From Nitrospirota bacterium (lineage in GTDB: Bacteria; Nitrospirota; UBA9217), in assembly GCA_963737155.1 (NCBI GenBank), contig CAVTRN010000002.1, positions 2,240,001-2,304,000 of the forward strand: a DNA stretch of 64,000 bases, given 5' to 3'. This document shows positions 1 through 10,374 of the stretch, one piece after another. A model generated the notes under the pieces. It ran no database searches. It was not told where the DNA came from and worked only from the letters and a program-made list of their open reading frames with translations. A program made the translations under genes and the position numbers. Numbering within the stretch: the stretch's first letter is position 1; the number at the start of each line of letters is the position of its first letter.

Positions 1-462
1 CGTCTGCTCCACGACGCCGACCAGTTTCTCAGCTTGAAGAAGTGCGAAGTAGGATTGCCTTACATCCAGAATTACGTCCTGGACAACACGGTTCAGATCC
101 ATCTCTTCCGCTTGGGTACCAAAAATTGCCGCGTCACGCGTATTGCCCGTTTTTCCAAAATCATACACGATTTGATTCAACGACAATGTCGTCGTGTAAC
201 CCTTGGTAATCGCTTCGCCGAATGCTCCTCCCAACTGCCGGTCTTCCGAGTAGCCCGTGCTTGCCTGTACCTGTGGCAGATAGGACGCCGTTACCTGGTT
301 TATGCGGTCATTTCCTGCATTTAAGCCTTCCTGTGCCGATCGTATGGACGGATTGTTTTCGAGCGCTTTTTGAATACATTCGTGGAGGGTAAGTTTGGTT
401 CCAGCAAACGCTAAAATAGGCAGAAACGCTAAAAGGGCCAGTATGAGAATCCGTTTCCCCAT
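1..462 (-). CDS. TolC-family outer membrane efflux protein, 5' part (runs off window start)
   Basis: Not in ORF track (no stop in window). Manual translation from ATG 462: MGKRILILALLAFLPILAFAG signal peptide, then LTLHECIQKALENNPSI...SYLPQVQAS...LSLNQIVYDFGKTG...VILDVRQSYFALLQA. Same motifs as the TolC at 25071-26459. Confidence 0.85.
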   Translation of the reverse strand, partial: MGKRILILALLAFLPILAFAGTKLTLHECIQKALENNPSIRSAQEGLNAGNDRINQVTASYLPQVQASTGYSEDRQLGGAFGEAITKGYTTTLSLNQIVYDFGKTGNTRDAAIFGTQAEEMDLNRVVQDVILDVRQSYFALLQAEKLVGVVEQT

Positions 463-526
463 AATTATCTTTGTTCTCTTGCCGTGTACTGATATGGCCC
501 GGCAGGGTAAATACGCACAAGCCCTG

Positions 527-1126
527 TCATCGAGTATACCTGAGCATAAGTTCCATGGCCGCCCCCGCAAGAACCGGGATCGCAAGATTATCATTCACCG
601 AAAAAGGCAGGAGCTCAACTCCGGCAGCGATGAATGTACCAAAAATCATCACCCAGATGTTTAAGTGCAGTCCGAGAAGAATCAGCAGAAAGCCCGCCAG
701 GATAGCGGCAACGATAAATGCCGTGGTTCCCTCCAAGCTCTTATTACCTATCTTTGTCCTGCCATACCGTTCTCCGACCGTCGTTGCCGCCACATCACCA
801 AAGGCAAGAAAACAGATGGCTGCTGAAGCAACCTCGGGAGAAAAAGCATACAATGAAAGGCCAACGCCTAGAATATAGGGGATTATGCCAGTCAGCTTCT
901 TTCCCTCATTTTCACGGACAAAACTTCCGAAATGACTGTATAGAAACCTGTTCCAAGCAGGTATTTTTAGCCGTGCGATCTCAACCAGAAGAACGATGAT
1001 GACAGATGCTCCATAAAAAGTGAGGGCCCTATTCCTGCCAAATATGAAATAGAGAGAAAGGAGGCCGAGCCCCCCAAATAGATGAAACAGCTTACGTCCC
1101 CTATGTTTCATGCGTTTGATTTGCAT
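527..1126 (-). CDS. Phytol/dolichol kinase-like CTP-dependent membrane kinase (SEC59/DGK1/VTE5 family)
   Basis: RKLFH, FGDVAATTVG, GNKSLEGT and DNL motifs; multiple TM segments. Start probably 1126 or 1111 rather than 1207. Confidence 0.75.
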   Translation of the reverse strand: MQIKRMKHRGRKLFHLFGGLGLLSLYFIFGRNRALTFYGASVIIVLLVEIARLKIPAWNRFLYSHFGSFVRENEGKKLTGIIPYILGVGLSLYAFSPEVASAAICFLAFGDVAATTVGERYGRTKIGNKSLEGTTAFIVAAILAGFLLILLGLHLNIWVMIFGTFIAAGVELLPFSVNDNLAIPVLAGAAMELMLRYTR

Positions 1127-1210
1127 CCTATTCTGGTTTGAAATCCTATGCGAAAATATCGAGAAGGAGAAATGACTCGGCTTTCCCCGGCACCGAAGGC
1201 CAAACATACG

Positions 1211-2203
1211 TCAATGATTGTGACGATTTGTGCTGGGTAGACTGCATACCGCGGCCGTATCACATCTTTCGCATTCGAGCTGGATGGTACTGTGAAGAAT
1301 GTTGAACTCCCTGGCCAAGAGATCCTTGATTTCATCACTAATATTCCTGCTACCGCTGACCAACTGGTCATCGACCAGAACATGTGCACTCATGGCATAG
1401 ACTCCAGAGGTGATAGTCCAGATATGGATATGATAGGCTTCGCGCACACCTGCGATCTTGGCCATTTCAGTAGCAACTGTCTCAACATTAATATGGGACG
1501 GCACGGCTTCAAGCAAGATGTTCACCGATTCTGTAACGAGGCTCCACGAGCCATAGATGATCACCAGCGAGATCAGCATGCTGAGGACGGGGTCTATCAG
1601 ATACCATCCCGTATAGATAATGATACCGCCGCCAATCACCACCCCCACCGATGAAAGAGCGTCCCCCAGAATATGAAGATAGGCTCCCCGTATGTTGAGA
1701 CTGCTATGGCTGTGCTTAAAGAGAAATAAAGCGCCGATGATGTTTGCGATGAGGCCGATTAGAGCCACAATTAGCATCAGTCCGCCTTGAACCGGTTGGG
1801 GGTGGACTAGGCGCTGATATGCTTCATATACAATATAGATTGAAATAATTACGAGGATTATCCCATTCAGTAGCGCTGCCAGAATTTCAAGCCGATAGAA
1901 CCCGAAGGTCTTCCGCTCCGTTGCCGGCATGGTGGAAAATTTCATAGCGAATAACGACAACAAGAGCGCCAGATTGTCGGTTAGCATATGCCCAGCATCG
2001 GAGAGTAGCGCTAGGCTGTTCGATAGTACCCCGCCCACAGCTTCAACTAGCATCATAAGGACCGTGATGGACAGTGCAATTAAGAGATCTCGCGTACCTC
2101 CTCCCGATGCTGACCGCACATCATGATCATGGCCACGGCTGTGTTCTACATCATGTTTATGGTCATGTTCGTGGTATTCGCCATTTGTGTGTATTATAGA
2201 CAT
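1211..2203 (-). CDS. czcD: Cation diffusion facilitator (Zn/Co/Cd efflux)
   Basis: His-rich N-terminus, SLALLSDAGHMLTD, HILGD, HIHIWTIT. Confidence 0.9.
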   Translation of the reverse strand: MSIIHTNGEYHEHDHKHDVEHSRGHDHDVRSASGGGTRDLLIALSITVLMMLVEAVGGVLSNSLALLSDAGHMLTDNLALLLSLFAMKFSTMPATERKTFGFYRLEILAALLNGIILVIISIYIVYEAYQRLVHPQPVQGGLMLIVALIGLIANIIGALFLFKHSHSSLNIRGAYLHILGDALSSVGVVIGGGIIIYTGWYLIDPVLSMLISLVIIYGSWSLVTESVNILLEAVPSHINVETVATEMAKIAGVREAYHIHIWTITSGVYAMSAHVLVDDQLVSGSRNISDEIKDLLAREFNILHSTIQLECERCDTAAVCSLPSTNRHNH

Positions 2204-2232
2204 GAAAACCCTACTCCCCGAGTAATCTGGCT

Positions 2233-3045
2233 TTATGAGAAGAACCGAAGTCCCTTGACCGGTTCTATAGCCCCAATTTCCGCAGCGTAGTCATAAAAGG
2301 TCAAAAGACCACTTCGCTCCTCTTCATTAAAATTATAGCTGAATAATTCCCAGTATGCGAGGAGCACTTCAGAGGGGAGGTTGAACCGGTTTGTGGATTC
2401 TTTGGCAAGCTCCTTGAGATGCGATATCCCATACGCTTTTGACTCCATGAGGACATCATACAACCGACCGAGCTCTTTGTGAACATTTTTTCTGACCTTT
2501 ACCTGCCAGAGTGCAAAAACAAAAGGTAAGCCAGTATATTCATGCCAGAGCCAGCCTAAATCGTATTGGTGGGCGTAGGTCGTGGACATCGACCGCTGAA
2601 TCGCCAGATCACCAATTGTCAGCATTGCATCAGCCCGTCCAGAGGGGTCATCGACTCCCTGCTCGTAAAGAATGTACCGGGGGCTCACACCGTAGCGCAA
2701 TTCAAGAAGGATGCGTAGTAGCACGACCGACGTGGCGGAGGCTGTTGTCATCGCTACAATCTTGTCATTTAGCTCCTCGATCGGGACGGTGCTTTCAAGC
2801 AAAATACTTCTGACTTTAGTTTTCGAGGTTATGGACAGGTCGGGCAGAAGAAGGTAGTGCCCCGGATTTACCGCATATTCGATTGACGAAGAGGGTGATA
2901 CATCTATAGAACCCTCATCCAGCATGCGATTCAATTGGGTCGGAATGCCCTCGACAAGTTTGAAGGAGAACGGGACCTTCTGCAGCACGATTCCCGCATG
3001 GGGAGGGAAACAGTTGGAATAAATGATATGACCGAGTTTGAGCAT
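2233..3045 (-). CDS. mqnA: Chorismate dehydratase, futalosine menaquinone pathway
   Basis: LGHIIYSNCFP, SSIEY, TTASATSVVLL, LTIGDLA, TGLPFVFALW; mqnE and mqnC also in window. Confidence 0.85.
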   Translation of the reverse strand: MLKLGHIIYSNCFPPHAGIVLQKVPFSFKLVEGIPTQLNRMLDEGSIDVSPSSSIEYAVNPGHYLLLPDLSITSKTKVRSILLESTVPIEELNDKIVAMTTASATSVVLLRILLELRYGVSPRYILYEQGVDDPSGRADAMLTIGDLAIQRSMSTTYAHQYDLGWLWHEYTGLPFVFALWQVKVRKNVHKELGRLYDVLMESKAYGISHLKELAKESTNRFNLPSEVLLAYWELFSYNFNEEERSGLLTFYDYAAEIGAIEPVKGLRFFS

Positions 3046-3080
3046 AAAGAATTTTCGGATGGAACCGCGTTTTTTCGCAG

Positions 3081-3211
3081 TTATGCATCTCCCTTTCTTT
3101 GTCTCACAAAATCTTCCAGATCATCCACAGGCGTGTAGGCCAACGGGATAACAATGATAGTGAGCAGCGTTGAGTCAATAATACCACCATGGCAAGGCTC
3201 ATCGTCGCTCT
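3081..3211 (-). pseudogene. Frameshifted C-terminal remnant of an AcrB-type RND transporter
   Basis: Manual translation RATMSLAM / frameshift / GGIIDSTLLTIIVIPLAYTPVDDL resembles the last TM helix of RND pumps (RAPMAIAVIGGLITSTLLTLxVIPVVY). Confidence 0.55.
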
Positions 3212-3337
3212 AGATTTTAAATATTTCGAAGACCGCACAGCGGGATATTTTCAAGAAATATCCAACTGCTACATTTTTCATCCGTATCATTTTATTTCGG
3301 TGCTTATATTTCCCGATTTCTTTCGGCGCGCCACTGG

Positions 3338-4048
3338 TTAGACTTTCTTAACATAAATCTCTTTTGTAATATCCTTGTCCACTGCAATCATTGTCTCGCC
3401 GAGCTGGATCACATAGGACGGTCTTTTCTGGTGAAGCTTTACCACGCTTCCTGGCACCACACCCATGGCGGACAACCGATCAAGGCGTGAATGGGATCCC
3501 GGAGTAATAAACACAATCTTGGCCTGTTCTCCCGGCGCCAAATCCGCAAGCGGCGCCACGAGCGGTTTCATCTCCTGATGGAACATAGCGCAGCATTCTC
3601 CTCTCGGTATTGGCTTTCCATCAGGAGAATTTGGCGGATGTCCCAGAAGGGTGCAGACGCTGTCTGTTACCTCCGGTGAGAGGATATGTTCGAACTTGCA
3701 GGCTTCAGCTTCAGCGCCATCCAGGGCGAATAGGTCATAGAACAATCGAAGCGAGAGACGATGACGGCGGACAAGCTCACGCGCTCTTTTCTCTCCTTTG
3801 GGAAGCAGCTCCACGGCCTGTCCTTTACTGTCGATCCACCCGTTTTTGGCCAGGTCTTTCAGAATTGTCTCACATTCCAGAAGGCTGCAGCTTTGGATAA
3901 TCTGGTCCAGAGCCAGCTTTCCTTCCTCCCGCAGAGTCCATATGATTTCAAAGAGTTCATCTTCTTTCTCAATCTCGGGCAGCACACACAGCGCAGGGTG
4001 TCCCGCCTGGCCTTCTATACCCTGCATTCTTTTTTTGATCTCAGCCAT
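3338..4048 (-). CDS. DtxR/MntR-family metal-dependent regulator with C-terminal FeoA domain
   Basis: RRHRL, EACKFEHILS, GHPPNSPDGKPIP, and FeoA-like RLSAMGVVPGS; directly downstream of feoB. Confidence 0.85.
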   Translation of the reverse strand: MAEIKKRMQGIEGQAGHPALCVLPEIEKEDELFEIIWTLREEGKLALDQIIQSCSLLECETILKDLAKNGWIDSKGQAVELLPKGEKRARELVRRHRLSLRLFYDLFALDGAEAEACKFEHILSPEVTDSVCTLLGHPPNSPDGKPIPRGECCAMFHQEMKPLVAPLADLAPGEQAKIVFITPGSHSRLDRLSAMGVVPGSVVKLHQKRPSYVIQLGETMIAVDKDITKEIYVKKV

Positions 4049-4152
4049 GGTTCACCTCTTTCTTTCACATAGCATATCGGATCACTGTATAGTACGCGTT
4101 TCAGCCTATGGCTTATTGCCGTTGGATCACCACTGCTCTAGGGCGGGTTTAG

Positions 4153-6138
4153 CTACAAAGCGACTTTAAACGTTCTCAGAATCCAGTTCATTGCACCTCC
4201 AACGGCAAAAGCAAAGGGGAAGATAAACGCCACCATGTAAAGCGCTACTTTAATGCCTTGCTCTTTTACCATCACGAAAAAGTTAGCAATACAAGGCACG
4301 AAGAGCGTGACGACTATAAGGCTAACAACTGTCTGTATGGGATCGAGCATGCCGCGCTTGGCCAACACAAACAGACCCGCGGCGCCGTAATCCCGGCGCA
4401 GGAAACCGATGACCAGCGCCTCGGTTGCCTTGCTCGGCAATCCCAAAAAGCCGACGACAATCGGATCAGCCAATTTTTGGATGTAGAGCAAAGCCCCGAG
4501 CTTGTCAGCTGTGAAAAGAATTAATGTCCCGAGAATAAAAAGCGGAACCGCTTCCTTTAAATACCATTGCACCCGGGCCAGAGTCTTGATCAGGATATTG
4601 GTCATCTGAGGCACCCGGATCGGTGGTAGTTCGAGGACAAAGTCCGATGGCTCTCCAGGGAGTACTTTCGCTGCAAGGTAGCCGACAAGAAACATGACAC
4701 CAACCAATGTGCCAAGCCAAATGAAAGTTGCAAAGGCTGAAATGCCGGAAACCATGCCCAAAACGACGCCAAGTTGTGCCGAACAGGGAACGACAAGGGC
4801 CAAGAGGAACGTTACAAGCATTCTCTCTTTTTTGGTCTCCAGGATTCGAGTGGTGAGTGTCGCCATAGTATCGCAGCCTAACCCCAAAATCATCGGGAGC
4901 ACGGCCTTTCCGTTTAAGCCCATGATTTTGAATACCTTGTTTACCATCACCGCGAGTCTCGGCAGATACCCCGAATCCTCAAGGAGGCCAAAGGCGAAAA
5001 AGAAAAAACCGACGATCGGCAACACAATTGCGATCGCATAGGTTAATGCCATAGTTACCAAGCCGTAGTCGCCAATGATGAGTTCCTGCAAAAAAGGAAT
5101 CGGGAGGACATAATGTATGATTTTAGCGGCCCAGACGTTCAAATACTGGCCAAAGACAGTCTTTTCAAGAAAATTGACCACCGTTCCTGCTCCCAGTACA
5201 CCTACGAATTGATAAACGGCGTACAACACGACAAGAAGAATCGGGATGCCATAGAGCGGATGCATCGACCACTTCCCTAAGTGGAAGGCAATAGCGGAAC
5301 TTTTCCCGGATTCGTATCGAGTCATGACCTGTGCCAGCAATTCGTCGGCCTTTTTCATTCTTCGCTGGTTGATAAGATAGCCCAGGGAGTTATTGAACTT
5401 CGATTGGACATCCTGTCGGATTCTTTCAATCTCGGCAATCACATGGTCTTGCAATTTCGCATGCAACCACCCCTTGAGACTCTCATCTCCGGCGAGAATC
5501 ATAAGCGCAAGGGAGCGCCCGGCTATGTAGGATGACGGCAGGAGAGCGGCGATATCCCTCACGCCACCCTCGATGGAAGCATCATACCGTACCTCGATTG
5601 CCGACGGCCGTGGATGCTGAATTTCTTTGAGAAGCTTATCTATTCCGCTCTTCCGGATGGCAACTGTCTTCACGACCTCGATGCCCAGAATCGCGGAAAG
5701 CTTGTCCTGATCAATAAAAATCCCGCGACTTTTTGCTTCGTCGTCCATGTTGAGGTCGAGGATGAAAGGAACTTCCATCTCCGCAAGCTGAATCGTGATG
5801 AGGAGTCCGCGGCGCAGATTCTTGGTGTCCGCCACCTGGACTACAACCCCTGCCTTATCTGTCAGAAGGATGTCCCTTGTAACCTTTTCGTCTTCTGACA
5901 TGGGCACGAGGCTGTTCACACCTGGGGTATCGATCACGATGGAGCGGGTTTTATTCAATGTTGCGTTGCCATAGGTGACCTCGACCGTAGTTCCCGGATA
6001 GTTGGAAACAGTAACGTATTTGCCCGTAAGCAGCCCAAAAAGTGCGCTTTTCCCGACATTGGGATTCCCAATGAGAATAACTTTATCCAACGGGGAGTCT
6101 CGATGCCTCTCCCCTTTGCCTGAACCATGGATGTGCAT
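4153..6138 (-). CDS. feoB: Ferrous iron transporter B
   Basis: GNPNVGKS, NYPGTTVE, DTPG, LEDSGYLPR gate and multiple TMs. Start 6138 has an upstream GGAGG; track start is 6168. Confidence 0.95.
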   Translation of the reverse strand: MHIHGSGKGERHRDSPLDKVILIGNPNVGKSALFGLLTGKYVTVSNYPGTTVEVTYGNATLNKTRSIVIDTPGVNSLVPMSEDEKVTRDILLTDKAGVVVQVADTKNLRRGLLITIQLAEMEVPFILDLNMDDEAKSRGIFIDQDKLSAILGIEVVKTVAIRKSGIDKLLKEIQHPRPSAIEVRYDASIEGGVRDIAALLPSSYIAGRSLALMILAGDESLKGWLHAKLQDHVIAEIERIRQDVQSKFNNSLGYLINQRRMKKADELLAQVMTRYESGKSSAIAFHLGKWSMHPLYGIPILLVVLYAVYQFVGVLGAGTVVNFLEKTVFGQYLNVWAAKIIHYVLPIPFLQELIIGDYGLVTMALTYAIAIVLPIVGFFFFAFGLLEDSGYLPRLAVMVNKVFKIMGLNGKAVLPMILGLGCDTMATLTTRILETKKERMLVTFLLALVVPCSAQLGVVLGMVSGISAFATFIWLGTLVGVMFLVGYLAAKVLPGEPSDFVLELPPIRVPQMTNILIKTLARVQWYLKEAVPLFILGTLILFTADKLGALLYIQKLADPIVVGFLGLPSKATEALVIGFLRRDYGAAGLFVLAKRGMLDPIQTVVSLIVVTLFVPCIANFFVMVKEQGIKVALYMVAFIFPFAFAVGGAMNWILRTFKVAL

Positions 6139-6410
6139 TCTGCTTTTGTCCTCCAGCATAATAAGCAAATATGTTGTATTTTGACATGTTCCCCGTGGCT
6201 AGAGCCAGGAGATCTCTTGACGCTAAAGCGTTCGGCAAACACATCGTCGGCCCTGTTTGCCGCAATCATTTTGTTGCGTAATACCCTTAAAAGAAGCGAT
6301 TTCGTATCAGCTGGAATTGCCGTAGAATTACGACACCAACAATAGCCTAGGAACTGATGATGTTTGAAGTTATCCGGATTCGGTCTACGACGTACCTGCA
6401 TGGTCCGCGA

Positions 6411-6851
6411 CTATCTCTTCTTCTGACAACGGGCACAAAGACCGTAAAGCTCCAGCTTGTGACTTTGCACCATAAATTTATTTTTTCGTGCCACGTCCTG
6501 CTGGAGCACCTCGATACGCTCATTTTCAAACTCCAGGATCGTTCCGCATTGCGTGCAGATCAGGTGATCATGGTGATGCCCAAATGCCTTGAACTCGTAC
6601 CGGGTAAACCCATCCTCGAAGCGTCTCTCGTCCGCAAGACCGGCTTCTTCCAATAACTTCAAGGTCCGGTAGACAGTCGCATAACCGATGCCTGGATGAA
6701 CTTCTTTTACGCGCAGATACAGTTCTTCGGCACTCAGGTGCTGACCCGCGTCGACAAATATTTTCAGAATTTTATCCCGTTGGGTAGTCGATCGAAGCCC
6801 CTGCCCAGACAGGTATGCAGAAAGCTGTTCAATGGCGGCTTGTTTTTTCAT
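6411..6851 (-). CDS. fur: Ferric uptake regulator
   Basis: HLSAEELY, GYATVYRTL, HHHDHLICTQCG, CARC. Confidence 0.93.
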   Translation of the reverse strand: MKKQAAIEQLSAYLSGQGLRSTTQRDKILKIFVDAGQHLSAEELYLRVKEVHPGIGYATVYRTLKLLEEAGLADERRFEDGFTRYEFKAFGHHHDHLICTQCGTILEFENERIEVLQQDVARKNKFMVQSHKLELYGLCARCQKKR

Positions 6852-6855
6852 ACTT

Positions 6856-6874
6856 GATATTGATAACCATTTTC
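6856..6874. promoter_or_regulatory. Fur box
   Basis: GATATTGATAACCATTTTC matches 16/19 of GATAATGATAATCATTATC, 4 bp upstream of the fur ATG. Confidence 0.85.
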
Positions 6875-6930
6875 AATTTATCCTTTATACCATTTAACCT
6901 TGCACCCGTCAAGCGATTTTTCGGGGATGT

Positions 6931-6968
6931 ACAAATAAAACAAGGCTGCCTCTTTCATCGGGCAGCCT
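6931..6968 (-). terminator. Intrinsic terminator
   Basis: AGGCTGCC-10 nt-GGCAGCCT stem followed on the minus strand by TGTTTTATTT. Confidence 0.65.
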
Positions 6969-7397
6969 CGAACGTATTGTGCGCTTTTTTAAAAGAAACC
7001 TCTCTCGTCAATTTCTTAAAATGACATTTTTATCACTCCCAGGCCTATTTTTTTACTCATTTTTCAGAATCAGTTTTAGGGTTAAAATCTGGGGCTTCGC
7101 GGGGATATACGGGAACGAGATGCCGATCTACTACGTTTTTTTACGGTTGTCGTTCACTCACCCATCGACGCTTCATGAAAAGGAAGGAGTTCATAGGGCG
7201 CGGAATTTTTTGGTTTCGTTGCCCTCTCACCAAATTTTATCTCGTCTCCCCGTAGATTTTCAACATAGACAATTCCGTAATAGATTTTGACCAGAGCGTT
7301 TTAATGCTCTCCTATGGTTGCCCAGCACTCAATGGGGTATTGCCTTTTTTAGAATGGCGAATTTTTTGACAAGTTCATTTACTCAGCGCCATACGGT

Positions 7398-8273
7398 TTA
7401 GTCTATCACGAGGATGACCCTGCACTTCTCAAGCATGCTCAGATTTTGCGCAGCGCTCTGGAGGGCGGTGGCATCGGCATTGCTGATCGTGAGGTCAGCA
7501 CGGGCACCGCCGGACACTTTGACGGCTTTTACTAGAAGCGGCTTGTCCGCTACGCGGGGGTTAGTCTGCGCCGCATTGAGATCTTTGAGATACTCCGCCA
7601 TTCCTTCACGCACAGCATAGTCCCGGCTGATAGTGGCCGATCCGTAGATTTCCTTGCCGTCCTCGTTCATGATCTTTGGGGCCATTGCCGGCCTCACGTC
7701 GAGACCGCGAGCATCCACGATCAGGCCGGTGTAGAGCTGGCCATCGACATCCGCAGGAGGTGCTGTCGCCCCGGCCTGAAATGTCACCGAAGATTTCGTC
7801 ATAGGCGCCGTCTTCGTCAAAAATTCATCAGCGAGAGCGCCGGTAAGCTTCATTCCAACTGTAATCTCTACAGAACCGTCAGACATATATTTCTTGTCCA
7901 TCATCGTCGCACCTTGGATGATTCCGTTGATATCAGTTCGAATCACATCGCTCGTCTCAATGAAATTCTCGACCGTAGTCGTTGAATTAATCCGAACCCC
8001 TTTCACAGCATCGAGAAGGTTTCGATAGGCGGAAACCTGGGCCGCGCGCTCTGCCATTGCCCGCGCCTGTGTTGCATTCGCCAGCTGCGCCGGTGGAGCT
8101 CCGATACCCACAGCAGTGATAACACTGGTTGTCCAGTCTACCTCTCCTGACGAACCGCTCGGCTCAATGACATCCTTAACTCTGCCCACCAGTTGGGCTG
8201 ATGCACTGCCTACCGCTAAGACCAAAGAAGAGATGATGATTAATGCCAAAAACGCCGTTCCTCTAAGAGGCAT
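7398..8273 (-). CDS. Exported protein, LPP20-like domain
   Basis: Signal peptide; AVGIG..QARAMAERAA..AYRNL..GVRINSTTTV and YTGLIVDARG..PAMAPKI. Confidence 0.6.
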   Translation of the reverse strand: MPLRGTAFLALIIISSLVLAVGSASAQLVGRVKDVIEPSGSSGEVDWTTSVITAVGIGAPPAQLANATQARAMAERAAQVSAYRNLLDAVKGVRINSTTTVENFIETSDVIRTDINGIIQGATMMDKKYMSDGSVEITVGMKLTGALADEFLTKTAPMTKSSVTFQAGATAPPADVDGQLYTGLIVDARGLDVRPAMAPKIMNEDGKEIYGSATISRDYAVREGMAEYLKDLNAAQTNPRVADKPLLVKAVKVSGGARADLTISNADATALQSAAQNLSMLEKCRVILVID

Positions 8274-8829
8274 AATATTCCTCCTTCATGCAGGATTATT
8301 AATAAGATATGTTTGATAAGACAAGTAAAGTTGATCGAAATGAATACTGGTCTTCACTTCCTTTGAGAATTCTGAAGACAAGTTTATATTCTTTGTTTTC
8401 TTTAGGAAAGTACTGTTTGATGTTCTCGTAAGAAGTCAAAAAACAGCAAAAATGATTTCCTAACTCATTGCATTTACAAGGTGCATTTTCCAGGAAAAGG
8501 CCCTTTTCGGACTTTTTACGGGACCATCAATATTTGATCTTGTGAGTTAAGGGAAATTCACATTAAAACATGACAGCGATACGACTTCATGATGCGTAGT
8601 CTACCTTGATGGATGTTCTTTGTCCGACTTGTCCATCCTGATAAACACTTGAAGGCAATTATAAGCCATAATTGGCTCTCCGTAAGTACGTACGGCATAC
8701 GTCCGCAAGATCCAAGTCCAGTGTGTTTGCCATAAGCCTGTATCAAGATGATCATTTTGGCAACGACCTGCGAAGCCCTTAGCTGGACCGGCAGCAGACC
8801 GAATAGTTGATCATTGTCATCGCTATTTC

Positions 8830-10374
8830 TCATGCGGAAACGATGAGACTTTTACCCGTCATCTCTGCGGGAATTGCGATTCCCATAAGATCGAGCACAG
8901 TCGGTGCAACATCGGCCAGAACGCCTCCGCTTCTGATCTTTACATCCTTGCGCATGAGAAGAAACGGCACTGGATCGGTCGTGTGAGCAGTGTGAGGCTG
9001 ACCCGTCGTGGGGTCGAACATGGTTTCAATGTTCCCATGATCCGCAGTGATGAGCGCTACCATGCCCTCATTCCAGGCAGCTCGGATCACGCGGCTGAGA
9101 CACTCATCGATCACTCCCACAGCTTTCACCGCGGCCTCCATGATTCCTGTATGGCCGACCATGTCAGGGTTTGCATAATTTACGAGGATAAATCCATAGT
9201 GGTGTGAACTAATCTGTGTTACCAATTTGTCGGTAATTTCCCGCGCACTCATTTCTGGCTTCTTGTCATAGGTCGCCACATCACGTGGAGACGGAACGAG
9301 AATTCGATCCTCCTGGGGAAAAGGAGTTTCTTCGCCACCGTTGAAAAAGAAGGTAACGTGCGCATATTTCTCCGTCTCTGCAATTCGCAGTTGCCGCACT
9401 CCGCTCCTGCTTATCACCTCACCAAGAATGTTCGTGAGTCTCACCGGCTCGAAAGCCACGGGCAGGTTGAAGGATTCGTCATAAGTTGTGAGACAGACGA
9501 ACTGTGATAATTTCGGGCATCTACGTCGTTCGAATCCTTGAAACGCGGGATCTGTTAATGCACGGGTTACTTCACGAGCGCGGTCTGACCGGAAGTTGCA
9601 AAAGATGACGGCATCATTGTCGCGGATTGTCGCGAGTGGCTCATTTGTCCTGCGATCAATGATCGCAACCGGGAGCACAAATTCATCGGTTCTACCATAT
9701 TCATAACTTTGTTGAACAGCCTCAAGAGCAGAATATTTTCGAATGTCCTCAGCCAGAACCATTGCTTCATACGCTTTTTGAACACGCTCCCATTGTTTAT
9801 CGCGATCCATGGCATAATATCGACCGGAAACGGAAGCAATCTTCCCAATGCCGATTTTAGCGAAATGATCTTCGAGTCGTTTGATGAATGTCAAGGCGCT
9901 CGATGGCGGTGTATCCCGTCCGTCGAGAAATGCGTGAAAGAAGACATTGGTAGCTCCCTGGGATTTTACCAGGTCAAACATTGCGAAAATATGGTCAAGC
10001 CGGCTGTGCACCCCACCGTCAGAAAGGAGACCCATAAGATGGAGGGCTGAATTAGATTTTTTGGTTGAGTCAATTGCCGAAAGAAGCACAGGATTCCGGA
10101 AAAAGTCTCCATCCCTAATCGCTTTGCTGATTCGCGTGGAATCTTGATAAACGATCCGGCCTGCGCCGAGATTAAGGTGACCGACCTCGGAGTTGCCCAT
10201 CTGTCCGTCCGGAAGGCCAACTGATTCACCAGCGGCCTTAAGTTCGGTGTGCGGATAGTCCGTCATGAGGCTATCATAGAATGGTGCCTTCGAAGCGGCA
10301 ATCGCGTTACCTTCCTTGTCCATGCTAATTCCCCAGCCGTCAAGGACAATTAGTAACACCTGTTTGTTGGTCAT
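8830..10374 (-). CDS. gpmI: 2,3-bisphosphoglycerate-independent phosphoglycerate mutase
   Basis: LDGWG, MGNSEVGH, DGGVHS, ETEKYAHVTFF, NPDMVGHTG, ADHGN. Confidence 0.97.
   Translation of the reverse strand: MTNKQVLLIVLDGWGISMDKEGNAIAASKAPFYDSLMTDYPHTELKAAGESVGLPDGQMGNSEVGHLNLGAGRIVYQDSTRISKAIRDGDFFRNPVLLSAIDSTKKSNSALHLMGLLSDGGVHSRLDHIFAMFDLVKSQGATNVFFHAFLDGRDTPPSSALTFIKRLEDHFAKIGIGKIASVSGRYYAMDRDKQWERVQKAYEAMVLAEDIRKYSALEAVQQSYEYGRTDEFVLPVAIIDRRTNEPLATIRDNDAVIFCNFRSDRAREVTRALTDPAFQGFERRRCPKLSQFVCLTTYDESFNLPVAFEPVRLTNILGEVISRSGVRQLRIAETEKYAHVTFFFNGGEETPFPQEDRILVPSPRDVATYDKKPEMSAREITDKLVTQISSHHYGFILVNYANPDMVGHTGIMEAAVKAVGVIDECLSRVIRAAWNEGMVALITADHGNIETMFDPTTGQPHTAHTTDPVPFLLMRKDVKIRSGGVLADVAPTVLDLMGIAIPAEMTGKSLIVSA

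Noticed and set aside
5955-6401. 148-aa ORF between fur and feoB as a possible feoA
   Set aside because: No FeoA features, and it overlaps feoB out of frame.
7075-7115. Possible additional IS605 left-end remnant (TAAAATCTGGGGCTTCGCGGGGATATA)
   Set aside because: Too short and degenerate to support by eye.
8690-8800. GGCAAAC-containing segment as a c-di-GMP-I riboswitch
   Set aside because: Lacks the GAAA tetraloop stem and downstream GCAAAG elements.
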